64,000 nucleotides of DNA from Guillardia theta CCMP2712 (lineage: Eukaryota; Protista; Cryptophyta), in NCBI RefSeq assembly GCF_000315625.1, contig NW_005434663.1, positions 897,882-961,881 of the forward strand, given 5' to 3'. The number at the start of each line of letters is the position of its first letter. The first letter of the stretch is position 1. The notes under the pieces were generated by a model. It ran no database searches. It had not been told where the DNA came from and saw nothing but the letters and a program-made list of their open reading frames with translations. This document shows positions 12,358 to 24,089 of the stretch, piece by piece. The translations under genes were made by a program, and so were the position numbers.

Positions 12358-13381
12358 CTCACCTGCACAGTAGTCTCAGGTCAAGGATCCACTTCCCAAG
12401 CAGGTCTACACTGGTTTTGCCTCCTAGCTTCCTCTTTCGCGTCTGTGCTCTCATCAATCTTCTACTTCGATTTCTTCCTTCTTCGCTCACCTTCAATCCA
12501 CCATTATCATCATCCGTGACATTCACCTTTTCATTGTACATAGAACTTCATCATCCTCATCCTCACCCCCACCCTCGTCCTCGCATTCCTCTTCGTCTCT
12601 GACACTGGCCGCCATGGCACCAAATGGCACCCCCTTTGCGTTTCCTCCACCCCACCCCCAGACATCAAGTCAAAGTGATGTATCACCCCTACATTTCTCT
12701 GATTTCGATCCAGACAAACCTGGGTAATGAGTACCCCCACCCTCACATATATACTTCCTTCTTGGGACTGCAAGGACCCCACCTTCTGGACACTTGTTTA
12801 CCGCCCCCAGGTAGCAGAGTGCCCCACTGAGAGTAATTCGCACCCATCGTTTTGACCTTAAATGTACCCCTTCTGTACCTACCCTCACCCTACCAATGAC
12901 ACACATTCACCCACCCTCCCATGGCAAATGTGACAAAAAAAAATTGTGTACCCGTGTTTATAGATATTTTTATTTGTACTATCAAATTATATCTGGTTTT
13001 ACAATTTACCGGTATCAATGGGTCTCAAACTTATGAGTTACCGAAAAAATAAATACTAAATACTTTATCAATTGAGATCAAAATCTCGACGTACTGAAGT
13101 TTGGGTTCTGCCTGCAGTTGGCTAATTATTTCTAAGTACTATACCAAATAAAATAATTTATTTTATAATAAATGTTTACATAAAAACGTTTTTAAGAAAT
13201 GCGCCAATGGCATTAACGTGCTATGGTGCAGTGGCAGGGAGAGGAGGAGCAGCATCGCCCTCCTGGTGCTCCCTCTCTCCCCTCTCCCTCATCACCAAAC
13301 AGAGTACATTAAACGCTTGACGTCTCTTTCTTCTCTCTCGAAGCCCCGGCTGACAGCTCCTTCGAAGAACCTTCATCAGCA

Positions 13382-16300
13382 ATGCCGTTTTCCTCCTCTC
13401 GGAGGTCCAAGAAAGGTTTTGCCCTGGGGGCCGTGGGCTTGCTGGCGCTCCTGACGGTCTGTGACTCAGACATGAACATGTGGGGGGAAGGAGGAAGTTT
13501 TGATCGTGCAGATAAATCGAGATTACTTGCCGTGCTGACGACCAGGATCCGAGGAGGTGGTGATTGTGTCATGACCTGCGATGAGTATCAGACGGAAAGT
13601 GAGCTCAGGGCGTTCGACGATGCATTCAGTTGCAGTGATCATTGCGCAAAAGCCCTCGCCAACAGTCCCAGCATTCCGCGACGAGCATGCAAGGTCGGCT
13701 CAGAGGTGACGTCACAAGAGTCGCATCTTGCTGAGGGCAAGCTAGTGCACTCTGCGGAGACGGCTGCGGGGGTCGCGGGTAGTCCCCTAGAGGACAACGC
13801 CAACTCTCCTGGGGCATCTCGATCCCGATACCCAAACCGTCGATCGCTGGCACGAAATCATGCTGCGCCCCTTGCTGGAGTTTACCTTCCCAAGGTCCTC
13901 GGAGAGAGTCGATCTGTTTCAGACTTGTCGAGAGGTTCTTCTCCTCATTGCCCGAACATGGAGGAGAGATTGATGAGCTATGGTGCTTCAGAGAATTTCC
14001 GCTTGCACAAGGCAGACATCATACAATCCAGGGCTTGCTCAGTATTCGCCAACGACGTCGTGAAAATCAAGCTAGTTGGATCTGTACATGACATCGATAC
14101 GGAGCAGAAGAGCTTCTCTCCTTTGTTTACTCATCAGGTGATCTTCTACCTGTTGTTGTGCCAGCTTCTCTCTTTTCCTGCCTTGTTGCCTGCCTGCATC
14201 CTTGCCTGCATATACAGTTGTTCTGATACAGTTTGGTAGATTTTTGGACAAAGGGAGGAGATAACTGGATACGTGAATCCAAAAGTAGAAATTCTGTATG
14301 CTTCGAACAGTCTTAGACCGTTGATTCGCTTCTCTTCGACATCGCGACACTCTGAGCAGATGCTGCAAGAGCATGGGTTGAACGCTACGGACGTAGTGAA
14401 TTGCATCAAGAGGTTTGTTCCATGCGATTATTTATCAAGCACGGAGGATTTACGCAGTGAGCTTGCAAAAAATCCAATGCAAGAAATAGGATTGAAAGTA
14501 GGAGGCTACAACATCAGCCATGTTGTGCCAAGATCCATGAACGAGAAAGAAACCCTCGCTGAGGATCAATTCGAATTTTATTTTTCTTCTCTCGAGAATC
14601 CCGAAGTCCATCAGTTTGCTAACAGATTGCAATCCTTGGCGATGTGGATGATTGAAAAATCTTCTTATATTAAGGCAGATCCAAATTGGAAACTCCTCAC
14701 GCTCTACCGAAGGTTGAAGCAGAAGGAAACAAAGTCACAGGGGAACGATGGGGATTCAGCGCAACAAGCTGATCTTGAGCTTGTTGGTTTCGTCACTATA
14801 TACAAGTATCTTTGTGCAAAAGACTGTATCCTTGGAAAAACCAAGTGCAAAAATGATGGAGAGAATACTTCGTTTTGTTATCGTATCAGTCAATTTGTTA
14901 TTCTTCCTCCTTTCCAACGAATGGGACATGGCGAACGTTTGTTGAGGCAAGTATACGAGCTTGCAGTGGATTCACCCCAATGCTTTGAAGTTCGTATCGA
15001 AAATCCCTCACAAGGATTTTCGAAATTGCGTGATGCTACAGACGCGAGACTTCTGCTGGTTTGCGATTTTTATTTTGCGATGATATTTGTTGAATACGAA
15101 TGTTTGAACAGGAGAAAATGCCGGAATTACTCGTTTTGCCATATCCTCCCTTCGATGATGTGCAAAAGCGCTTGAAGTTAACTAGAGCCCAGATTCGTCA
15201 CTTGTGGATATCTATTGTGAAAAAGGTACCTACAAGTTTTCGAATGTCTACATTGATTCTTTTATGTTGTAGGCTGTCAAGTCGTTGCCTGTTCGGAACA
15301 TTCCTGATAAGGATTTTCGTTTTCATAACACGAAAGTTGCCAATTTCGAGGAGGTCTATCTACTGTCAAGGATATTGTTTTCTGACCGTATTGATCGACA
15401 GGAGGGGTTTCTTTGCAATGTGAATGGTCACAAGTTCTTTTCTGGACAATTCGTCCGAGTTGCTCGAAGCGACAATACTGAGCGCTTGGGACACCTGGTA
15501 GGTATCAACCCTTGGACCAAGCTCATTCGGCTAAGGTACTGGTGATAACGCAATTGCACATTTTTCTGATAGGTAGTGCTTGCAGGTGGATGTACACGTC
15601 ATCAGATATTCCGGATGAAATCAACTCCAAGTTGAGCACACACTTGTCACAGAATGTCTCAAGGATGCAAATACAAGAAGTTTTTTATTCTTTTCATGAG
15701 GATTTCGTTTTCAAGGAGCAACTCTTGGGCGCGGTTTCTGTTGGCTTCGTTCAAAAACCTTTCAAGGCATTGGAAACAGAGAACCAAAACCGTGGAAGCC
15801 CACAACTGTTTTGTAGATATGTTTATGATCCATCCAAATTCGCTATGTATAAGTAAGATTTATCCCTCCCTCCCTCCCTCCCTCCCTCCCTCCCTCCCTC
15901 CCTCCCTCCCTCCCTCCCTCTCCTTATTCTCTGTTGTACTATTGCTTCATGCTCATTCTCTTGACAGGTTTTCCGAGAAGAAATTAAAGCCTACCTATCG
16001 TCATATCATCAACGAAGTGTTCCGGGAGAATTCAGTGACTTCTTTGATATCCAAAGCCAGAGAACGACAAGCGACAAATGGCGACGAAGATGTGCAGCAC
16101 AATTATAGACCCTGGATGCTCATGAATAGCTTGCATCTCGAGCGCCGAAACTCATCAACTTCAGAACTAGCTGAGAGAAATGGCTTGCTTGGAGGAGACT
16201 TTAGCTCGCTCGCTTACTCAGAGTCTCTTTCTGGCTCAACTTCGGAAATTGTTCCATACTCTGGTGTCAACAGCCTCTTCGCTGCGAAGCCCAAGAGATA

Positions 16301-17699
16301 CATCATAACACGGAGGAATCCCAGATCACGATCTCACGGCATGCCGTTCACTGAGAATAACAGGTTTCAGCTTTCTAGCTTCTGCTTGGACAAAGTGGGA
16401 AGAGTTGTGATGAAAAAGAAATTTGCAGGCTTGTTCAATGGCTGCCGTTCACGATTTAACAAGAAGGGAAAGGGCAGACTTCTGTTAGGTTCAGCAGCTG
16501 CGTCATCACAGCCCATTGAAGACTCGTTGTGCTTGCCTTCTCGGGCTTGCAGCATGCTGTTTGGGAATGAGAAACAGGTTGCCTACAAATTGCGGGCAGA
16601 TCTTTGCTTGGAACAAGTTGCTGCGGAATGGAATCACCTGTTGGACGATTTGTGCGGTTGTATGTTGAAACATGTTTCCATGATACAGTCCACACTGGAA
16701 AACTTGTGCTCCCAGCATGACTCGAGTTATCGTGGATCTTATTTCTCGTCGGGGTTGCCAGATCAACCTCTGGCAGACCTCGAGGCTTTTGACAGTATGT
16801 CAAGCGAGAATCCTTTGTTAACACAGAACTCTGTGATTCCACAAAGAGACAGCATGCGTTCCAACCTGTACAAGCACCTCCAGGATCGTTGCACTCATCT
16901 GCTTCGTCGTCTTTCAAGCCGCCTTGATGCAGCTCCTTTCCTCGAGCCGGTGGATCCCGTGAGAGATGGTTGCCCTGATTATTTCCAAGTGATTGCTCGC
17001 CCAATGGACCTTGGAACCGTGCAGACGAAGCTCAGAGACGGTGAGAGCGTGCCGGAGGTTGTGAGATGCTTGACTTTTGACCCGCAGGATCCTACCCAAT
17101 GGACTCAGCGGGGCTGCACGACTTCTTTGCAGACATCAAATTGGTCTTCGACAACGCCATGTGCTACAACCCTCCCTCCCACTCCATCCACCGTCAGGCT
17201 CGTCGGCTTTTTCTGTCTTTCCTCAACGCCTATCGCAACGTGCTTAGTGGAAACCTCAACGTCCTGAGCAAGCTCACTGAAGCAGAGGTCCGACTTCCCA
17301 TTGCTTCCAGTCCTCTCTTGACCTTGCTCTTGCAGGCGTGGAAGGTGAATTGCGCGCTCGTCCTCAACTTTCTATGTCAGGAAAGGGACGCCGGTCCATT
17401 CCTCGAGCCCATCGGCGCCTTTTCTTGTGTGGCCGCAAGAAATTGGAACCGGGAGGAGGGGGTGATGGACTTGTCGAGCATCGGGATGAAGCTGCAGGTG
17501 AGAAAGGAGGGGAGTGTTTAGGCGATCCTGAAAGACGACACAGGAGGAGGGCTACAAGTCTCCCGATGAGTTCGTTTCGGACGTGCAGCAGACGCTGGAG
17601 CATGCGATGGGCCTTTTCCCGCCTGCTCACAGCATGCACACGAGGGGGAAGCGTCTGCTGGAAGTGCTTGAGGGAGTTCGCGACCTTGTACATATGTGA
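13382..17699 (+). CDS. Histone acetyltransferase 1-like protein fused to a BAH domain and two bromodomains, with signal-peptide-like leader
   Basis: Hat1_N FSPLFTHQ/IFGQREEITGYVNPKVEILY; GNAT RLQSLAMWMIEKSSYI..RISQFVILPPFQRMGHG..ENPSQGFSKLRD; BAH GQFVRV..IRLRWMY..QEVFYSFHED..LFCRYVYD; BRD1 AAPFLEPVDPVRDGCPDYFQVIARPMDLGTV..DIKLVFDNAMCYNP; BRD2 AGPFLEPI..MDLSSIGMKL..YKSPDEFVSDVQQTLEHAM; exons join in frame through GT-AG introns. Confidence 0.88.
15864..15920 (+). repeat. (CCCT)n microsatellite in an intron of the HAT gene
   Basis: Tandem ccct run between donor GTAAG (~15853) and acceptor (~15968). Confidence 0.85.
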
Positions 17700-17711
17700 A
17701 TTATTGATACG

Positions 17712-19465
17712 CTAGTCGTCCTGGCTGATAGGCACGGCTCCCATCCTCTGCTTGCTCGGCTCCTTGGGCTCCTTCCAGTGCAGCCACTTGCTGATGCAAG
17801 CTACCTCCATCTGCCTTGCCTGCGCCTCGGTCAAGCTGGTCCTCCCCACCCTCTGCCTCCCTCCCCCTTCGTCTCCTTTCTTCCGTCCCCAACTCCTTCC
17901 CCCTCGCACTCACCTTCTTGACTGATGGAGGGTCTGCCGGGTGGCTGAAGAAGAGGTCCAAATGATGGGCCCCCTCCTCTATCCACACAGCTTCAACCCC
18001 ACGAGCCGCCGCATCCTTCACCTCCGAGACGTTGACGCCGCCAGCCGCCCACGGGTCGAACTCGCCGTTGCTGAAGATGATGTTGGACGCTCTCTTGATT
18101 CCCTGCAGGGCAGTGAGACGGAGAAGGGGGCAGGACGAAAAGGGGAGGGGGGAGGGAGAAGGAAGGTAAGGGACTTGATACCTCCAGTCCTCCATAGAGC
18201 TGTTCAATCCATCCTCTCCGAGGGATGACACCATACTTAGACTTGCAGTGCTGGTCTATCTCCTTGGAGCTGATAGAGAAGGGAAAGAACATGTCGCGTT
18301 TCCCGTCCCGCTTGAAGTACGTCTCCTGTGGCAGCATCTCCGTACACCACTGGAAGTCCCAGATGCCGGCATACGAAGAGTCCTCCGGCAGATGCAGGCA
18401 AGCTTGATCCCCGCTGGCGTTGTAGAGCAGCGAGATCGCTGAGCACAAAGAGTCCAGCAAGTTTTCTGCCTTGCAGTCGCCGCAGGAGGAGAGAAGCTTG
18501 CAAGCCTCGCGCACTGGCCATGGCGGGAGTTTCCCGATGCCCCCGGTCAAGTAGTCCGAGGGGAAGGGATAGTTGCCCATCGCCATGGTGTCGAACGCCA
18601 TGGCGATGAAGAGCTTGAGGTCGTTCACTTCCCCGGGAGACGCCAACGGCTCACACAACCGGAAGAGAGCAGCAAGAGACTCCCGGCCGCTCTCAGATGC
18701 TCCCATGGAATCGATGATGGGCCAAGACTGTCTGACGAGGGGAACGCACCTCTCGTCACTTCCTGCTGCTCCTGACGCGTCTCTGGTCACGATCTCCCAG
18801 TACTTCTCGCTCCTCCATGGCCCTTTATCGCTGGAGTGGAAGGAGAGGACGGGCGCTGACGCTGCTACTGCCCCCTCGACTATGTGCGGGTACTTCATTC
18901 TGAACCACGCGCTCAGCATGCCCCCGTAACTTCCCCCGAAAGCGATCACTTTCGCCCGAACCATCTTGTGCTTGCGCTTGAAGTCATCGAGGAGGACGGC
19001 ATAGTCGGCGAGCGCTTGCTCATGGCTTAGGTACCGCAAGCTTGCAGCACTGAAGTCGTTGCCGAACGGCAAGCTCTTGCCGTAATATCTGTGCTCAGCG
19101 AAGATGAGCATGGCAGAGAATGACTTGGCGTTTTCGAACATGAGCCCGGTGTTTCTGATGTACATCTCGACGTTTCCCTCATTCCCGCAGTAGAAGAAGA
19201 TGGTGGCGGCGGGGTTGGCGAGCTGCTGTTCTGTCTCCTGGCACACGTAGTATCTCTGTTGCCACCTGCTGTCATTGCGCCAAGAGAAGTGATCGAGAAC
19301 TTGTTCGAACCATGCTTCCCTGCATGTCATGTCGCCGACCTGGATGGTCGCAGTGTTCCCCTGCGGCCCGTGCCTTGCACGAGGGTGTCGACCATAATGG
19401 TGGAAGAATGCAGTTGCAACTTCCAGACAGGACAGGAGGATGGAGAGTAACGTGCGGCTCACCAT
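17712..19465 (-). CDS. PRCP: Lysosomal Pro-X carboxypeptidase (peptidase S28)
   Basis: Signal peptide; FEQVLDHF, IFFYCGNEG, FAEHRYYGKSLPFG, EQALADYA, nucleophile motif GGSYGG, AMGNYPF, SNIIFSNGEFDPW, GAHHLDL. Confidence 0.95.
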
Positions 19466-19724
19466 GGCACGGCTGAGGCTTCTACACCTTCATACTGCAG
19501 CAAGCAATCATCAAAACTGATACTGACACATGCGACGCTCTCCTCGTCTCGAAATCTCCTCTACTCGTCTTCCTTTCTTTGTTTACTCCCTCCCTCCCTC
19601 CCCTCCCTCCCCTCCCTCCCCTCCCTCCCCTCCCTCCCCTCCCTCCCTCCCCTTCCCTTCCCTCCCCTCCGCATCTTTAGTTTGCGATTGGCTTCATCGT
19701 GCAGGCTCGCCTCAGTCTCCTTTC

Positions 19725-20791
19725 ATGCATGCGGCCGCCACCCTCGTCTTGCTCCTGACGCCGAGCGCTGCCTTCGCGTTTGTGCACGAGGCTCTTCCAA
19801 ACAAGCTGAACCCTCCTGGACTCCGATCCTCTCCCTCCTCTCTCTCCTCTCTCTCTTCTCCCTCCTCGCCCTCCTCGCCCTCTTCACGTTCCTTTCTGGG
19901 TTCCTCCTGTCTGTTCTCGTCACCTGGAGTTCCCTTCTCGTCATCAACCCATCTCTCTTCTCTCTCCGCTTCTTCTCCCTCCTCCTCCTCTGTCCTATCA
20001 TCTACCGCCCTGCCATTCTGGGCAGGACGCAGAAAGACTTGGTGGGACGGCAGAAGTACCATCGCCATGACCCAAGACAAGGGAAGCAGCGCGGTGGAGC
20101 AGGGAATGCTCAGCCTCCTGCGACAGTTCGGTTGGGAGATCGCGAAGAACACGCGATGGCTGGTCTCGCTCACTGCCGCCGCTTTCCTCATGTTCCCCTC
20201 CTCGCATCAGGGAGGCAGAGGCGTGACTTGCATGCAGTTGGCGGAGGGATGCTGTGACCATCGCGGCCATCGGCGGCGCTCTTGGGAACGCAGCGCTAGG
20301 GAAGGTGCTGAAGAGGAGGAGGAAGGGAGGAGGAGGAGGGAGAGCGAGCGAGCGAGCGAGTTTCAGCGTCTTGCTGATCCAGGAGTGACTGCAGCTGCTG
20401 AAGCGACTGCTAGCCGAGAAGAGACCTGACGGAGCTCCGGTCTCCGACCCTGGAATGCCATCCAGTGAGGGCAACGAATGCTTGCATGTCTCTGCAGCTG
20501 AGCAAGCAACTTAGGTCATGCCATGAGCCTCTTCTTCCTGTCGCTCTACCTCTCTGCGGTGAGGAGAGGGAGGAGGGGGAGGAGAGGAGGGGCAGGTTTC
20601 ATCGAACGAACGTGATCGTCCTGAAGGCGATCAACGTGTGGACAGACTGGCCGATGGCGGCAAGGACGATCGTCACCTCCTCCCTGCTCATTTTCTCCAC
20701 CTACTCCGCTGCATGGAGAGTGAGAGCTGGCTTCCACACTCCAGCACAGGTGAACATCAGGCTGCTCTTTGAAGAAGAAGAGAATCATGAC

Positions 20792-20826
<35 letters not shown>

Positions 20827-20879
20827 CGATGATGATGATGACGATGATGATGATGATGATCATCATCATCATCATCATC

Positions 20880-20910
<31 letters not shown>

Positions 20911-21317
20911 GTGGAGGAGGAGGAGGAGGAGGAGGATGACGACGACGACGACGACGTCAATCACGACAATGTTGATAACTGTTTGGAAGATTCTAGTAGG
21001 ATCTGTTCTTGGAGGGTTCAACGGGATGGCATGGTTCTACTTCAATCACCAGAACATGGTGACATCTCCTGCTGCCACTTGTTGTCCGGGGACTGAAGCC
21101 TCCTGCTACCAGGCGGCATTGCAGCGCCTTGACGTCTTTCTGAAGGAGAGCAGCGCCTTGCCATGGGCACTATGTGGCTCACTGATAGGTCTGCTGGAGT
21201 TGTGCTGGGGCCGGCGCTTGTGATGACTGGCGATGTGTTGCAGTCGGCGCCCTGCTGGTGGGATCTGTTGAGAGGAAGATATCCAAGTTCCTCAAGTCAA
21301 AGAGCGAGAACAAATAA
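19725..21317 (+). CDS. Plastid-targeted PAP2-family lipid phosphate phosphatase (LPP-epsilon/dolichyldiphosphatase-like), multi-exon
   Basis: Leader MHAAATLVLLLTPSAAFA-FV then Ser-rich transit peptide; spliced PAP2 motifs LKRLLAEKRP, GMPSSHA and WRVRAGFHTPAQILVG; ends ..KSKSENK* at 21317. Confidence 0.85.
20786..20956. repeat. Compound trinucleotide microsatellite (GAT)n(CAT)n(GAT)n(GAG)n(GAC)n in an intron
   Basis: Directly visible; lies between exons ..HTPAQ and ILVG.. Confidence 0.9.
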
Positions 21318-22008
21318 ACTCTGGGCTCATTGCACAGCGGCACGATCATCTCGGTCTGCTACTGGCAGGCTGCCTCATCGCCGCTCGGAGGCTCCGAGGC
21401 TCCGAATGACTCTGTCACTGCTAGCCGGGCTCCGGGGCCCGGGGCCCCGGGGGCCCAGATTAGACCGTTATTTCTGTAACGGCTGCGGCCCGCATGACAA
21501 ATTTGGCCCAAATGTACGAATTGTTTGGAGCATTGTACCCGCACTGGTATCGAAATTGTTCATTAAAAATTTCAAATATGAACGAATCGATACAGTTCTC
21601 TTTCGAAATTTCTTGAGTAAAGCTTTTAGTTAAACCCAGGCCGCTGCGAGTTGGCGCGCATGCAAGCGTCAGTGGAAAGGGAGGAGAAACCGTAAGGGAG
21701 GAGGAGAAGAACGGAAACTTGACGAGGCAGGAGGAGAATTGAAGTAGCAGACTCACCCGCTGCTGAAGAGAGCGACTAGGCTGGAGGAGAGGAAGACGAT
21801 CGCCGTTTGCACGCCCTCGAGCCGCTGTCCCTGACTTTTGAGGACGAAGGAAGGTCAGCTACAAGTTGGATTGCACTTGTAACTAGAGGGAATGCATTGA
21901 GGCTGGATAGGCTGCTGCCCGAAAGAGAAGATTGAACGTTGAGACCTGAACGAGAGAAATCTTCAGATATTGCCAAAGTTGTGCATTGTTTACCAGCCCG
22001 GCTAAGCA

Positions 22009-23680
22009 ATGAACAAAGGAGTAGTAAGATCATCCAAATTTCGGCACGTTTTTGGGAAAACGCTAAGAAAGGAGGACCATTATGAAAACATTCAGTCCAA
22101 TGTTAGCGCACAGGATTCGAATCTCTGTGATGCAAACGCAAAGTACTTCGCTGTGCCGTGGAGGGGCGGCGGCGGTCCATTTGTTGTCTGGCCATTGAAC
22201 AAGCCAGGACGATTGCCACAGAACGTGCCCCTCGTTGCTGGTCATGGTGCTCAAGTTACGGATTTGCACTTCTCTCCTTTCCATCAAGAGTGTATAGCGT
22301 CGGCTTCAGACGATACTACCGCCAAGATCTGGAAGTTCCCTGAGGACGGGCCAACAAAGACGATAGAGGAAGCGCAGATGACGCTAGCGGGGCACTACAA
22401 GAAGATCATTCTCGTGCGCTGGAACTCTGTCGCTGACAACGTCCTGGCAACCATTTCGTACGATAACTCGATCAAGATTTGGGATGTCAATGCTGGAAAA
22501 GCTATGAATACCTGTGAAGACCACCCCGATGCAATTCACGCATTCGACTGGAATTACAATGGGAGCTTGTACGGCACATACTGCAAGGATAAGATGGCAA
22601 GAATTATCGATCCTCGTGCGAACCGTGTGGTAACCAAATACAACGGCCATCAGGGTTTGAAAGGTGCTAGGTTCACTTTCCTTGGAGACAGGCCAATGTT
22701 TGCCACCATCGGATTCTCTAAGCAGAGTGAGAGGCAGATCTTCTTTTGGGATCAGCGAAGCCCAGACTCACCGCTCACAGAGGTCCAGCTGGACATTGCT
22801 TCAGGCTCCTTGCTTCCTATCTTCGATCCCGACACGAACATGTTGTTCTTGGCGGGTAAAGGTGACACCACCATTCGGTACTTCGAGATTGAAGACACTG
22901 AACCATATCAACACTTTGTGAATCAATTCCAAGCCAAGGAACCTCAACGCGGAGTCGCAGTCATAAGCAAGCGAGCCGTTGATGTCGCCAACAATGAAAT
23001 CATCAGAGTGCTCAGGCTGACACAGAATAGCATGGAGCCAGTTTGCTTTGAAGTTCCACGGAAAGGAGAACACTTTCATCTCGATCTTTATCCGGATACT
23101 TTTGCTGGCAAGCCCTCACTTACTTCGAAGGATTGGTTCAGTGGCAAGAATGCTGCTCCGGTACTTCTTCTGTTTTGAGCTCGTTGGCAGGCTAATCATG
23201 AACGTGTGCAGATGTTAATGAGCATGGATCCTAAAGAGAACGGAATTATCCGACCCGTTGTGCATGGGGAGAGCATCTCAGTCGCTGAGCCACAGAAGGT
23301 AACACCAGCACCCGCTTCTGCTCCTCTTGCCCCATCGAACCATCACGCCACCCACGCCACATCCTCTGGGCCCTCAGTCTCCGACACCAACAACGTCAAC
23401 CACGCTAAGGTCGCACAGCTTGAGACGCGGGTGAAAGAATTAGAGGTGACAACCCATGAATTGCATTCTGATTGCTCAAGGTGAAGTACAGGAGGAGAAC
23501 CGGCACTTGAAGATGCAGGCCGAGCTTGCTGGTAGAAGAGTTTACAATTCTACTTGCAGTCGAACTGATACTCTACTTGCAGACAAACACAAAGCCGAAA
23601 TCCGCTCTTACAAGTCAACCATCGAAAAATTGGAAGCGGATAAAGTGAGATTGGAGAAGATTTTAGAAAAGATGGGATAA
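22009..23680 (+). CDS. CORO: Coronin (WD40 actin-binding protein with C-terminal coiled coil)
   Basis: VRSSKFRHVFG, AVPWRGGGG, GHGAQVTDLHFSPF, LFLAGKGDTTIRYFE, VPRKGEHFHLDLYPDT; coiled-coil terminal exons ending KILEKMG*. Confidence 0.97.
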
Positions 23681-23774
23681 TCACAGCTCTATTGTTTGTA
23701 AGCTTTCATATCGTATTCTTCAAAGAAAAAAACAGGAAAATCGAATCTTCATTTTTCAAACTAAATCCAAGGAT

Positions 23775-24089
23775 TTAATGCAACACCTCACCATACTGGT
23801 ACTGGTTGCCCTCACCAGACCTGCAATTCAACTCTCAGAACATGATACATACAAACACGATTGTATGCCAACCTGTCAGGGAAGCGGCTGGCATCGAAGC
23901 CAGTGGGAGCAGGAACGTAGGGATCGTACTGAGCCTCCATGTCCCTTCAAAGACAACAATCAGACCGCACGACAAAATAAATGAAAAATTTGCTCACCAC
24001 TTGTCCGGGAAGCGCTCCTCGAGCATGGGGGCGGAGGCAAAGCGGGGCATCATGGCCAGGGACTGAGCGGGGAGGATCTTGAAGAGCAT
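23775..24089 (-). CDS. Three-exon microprotein (~68 aa), unknown function
   Basis: MLFKILPAQSLAMMPRFASAPMLEERFPDKW/DMEAQYDPYVPAPTGFDASRFPDR/SGEGNQYQYGEVLH*; two GT-AG introns keep the frame; GC3-rich codons inside an AT-rich region. Confidence 0.7.

Noticed and set aside
15654-15968. N-terminus of the 537-aa ORF (PPSL repeats) as a separate bromodomain gene
   Set aside because: It overlaps the BAH exon in another frame and a (CCCT)n intron; splicing links the BAH exon in frame to the bromodomain exon.
20465-21223. Poly-Asp/poly-His metal-binding protein
   Set aside because: The tract is an intronic microsatellite; splicing it out restores the PAP2 motif HTPAQ-ILVG.
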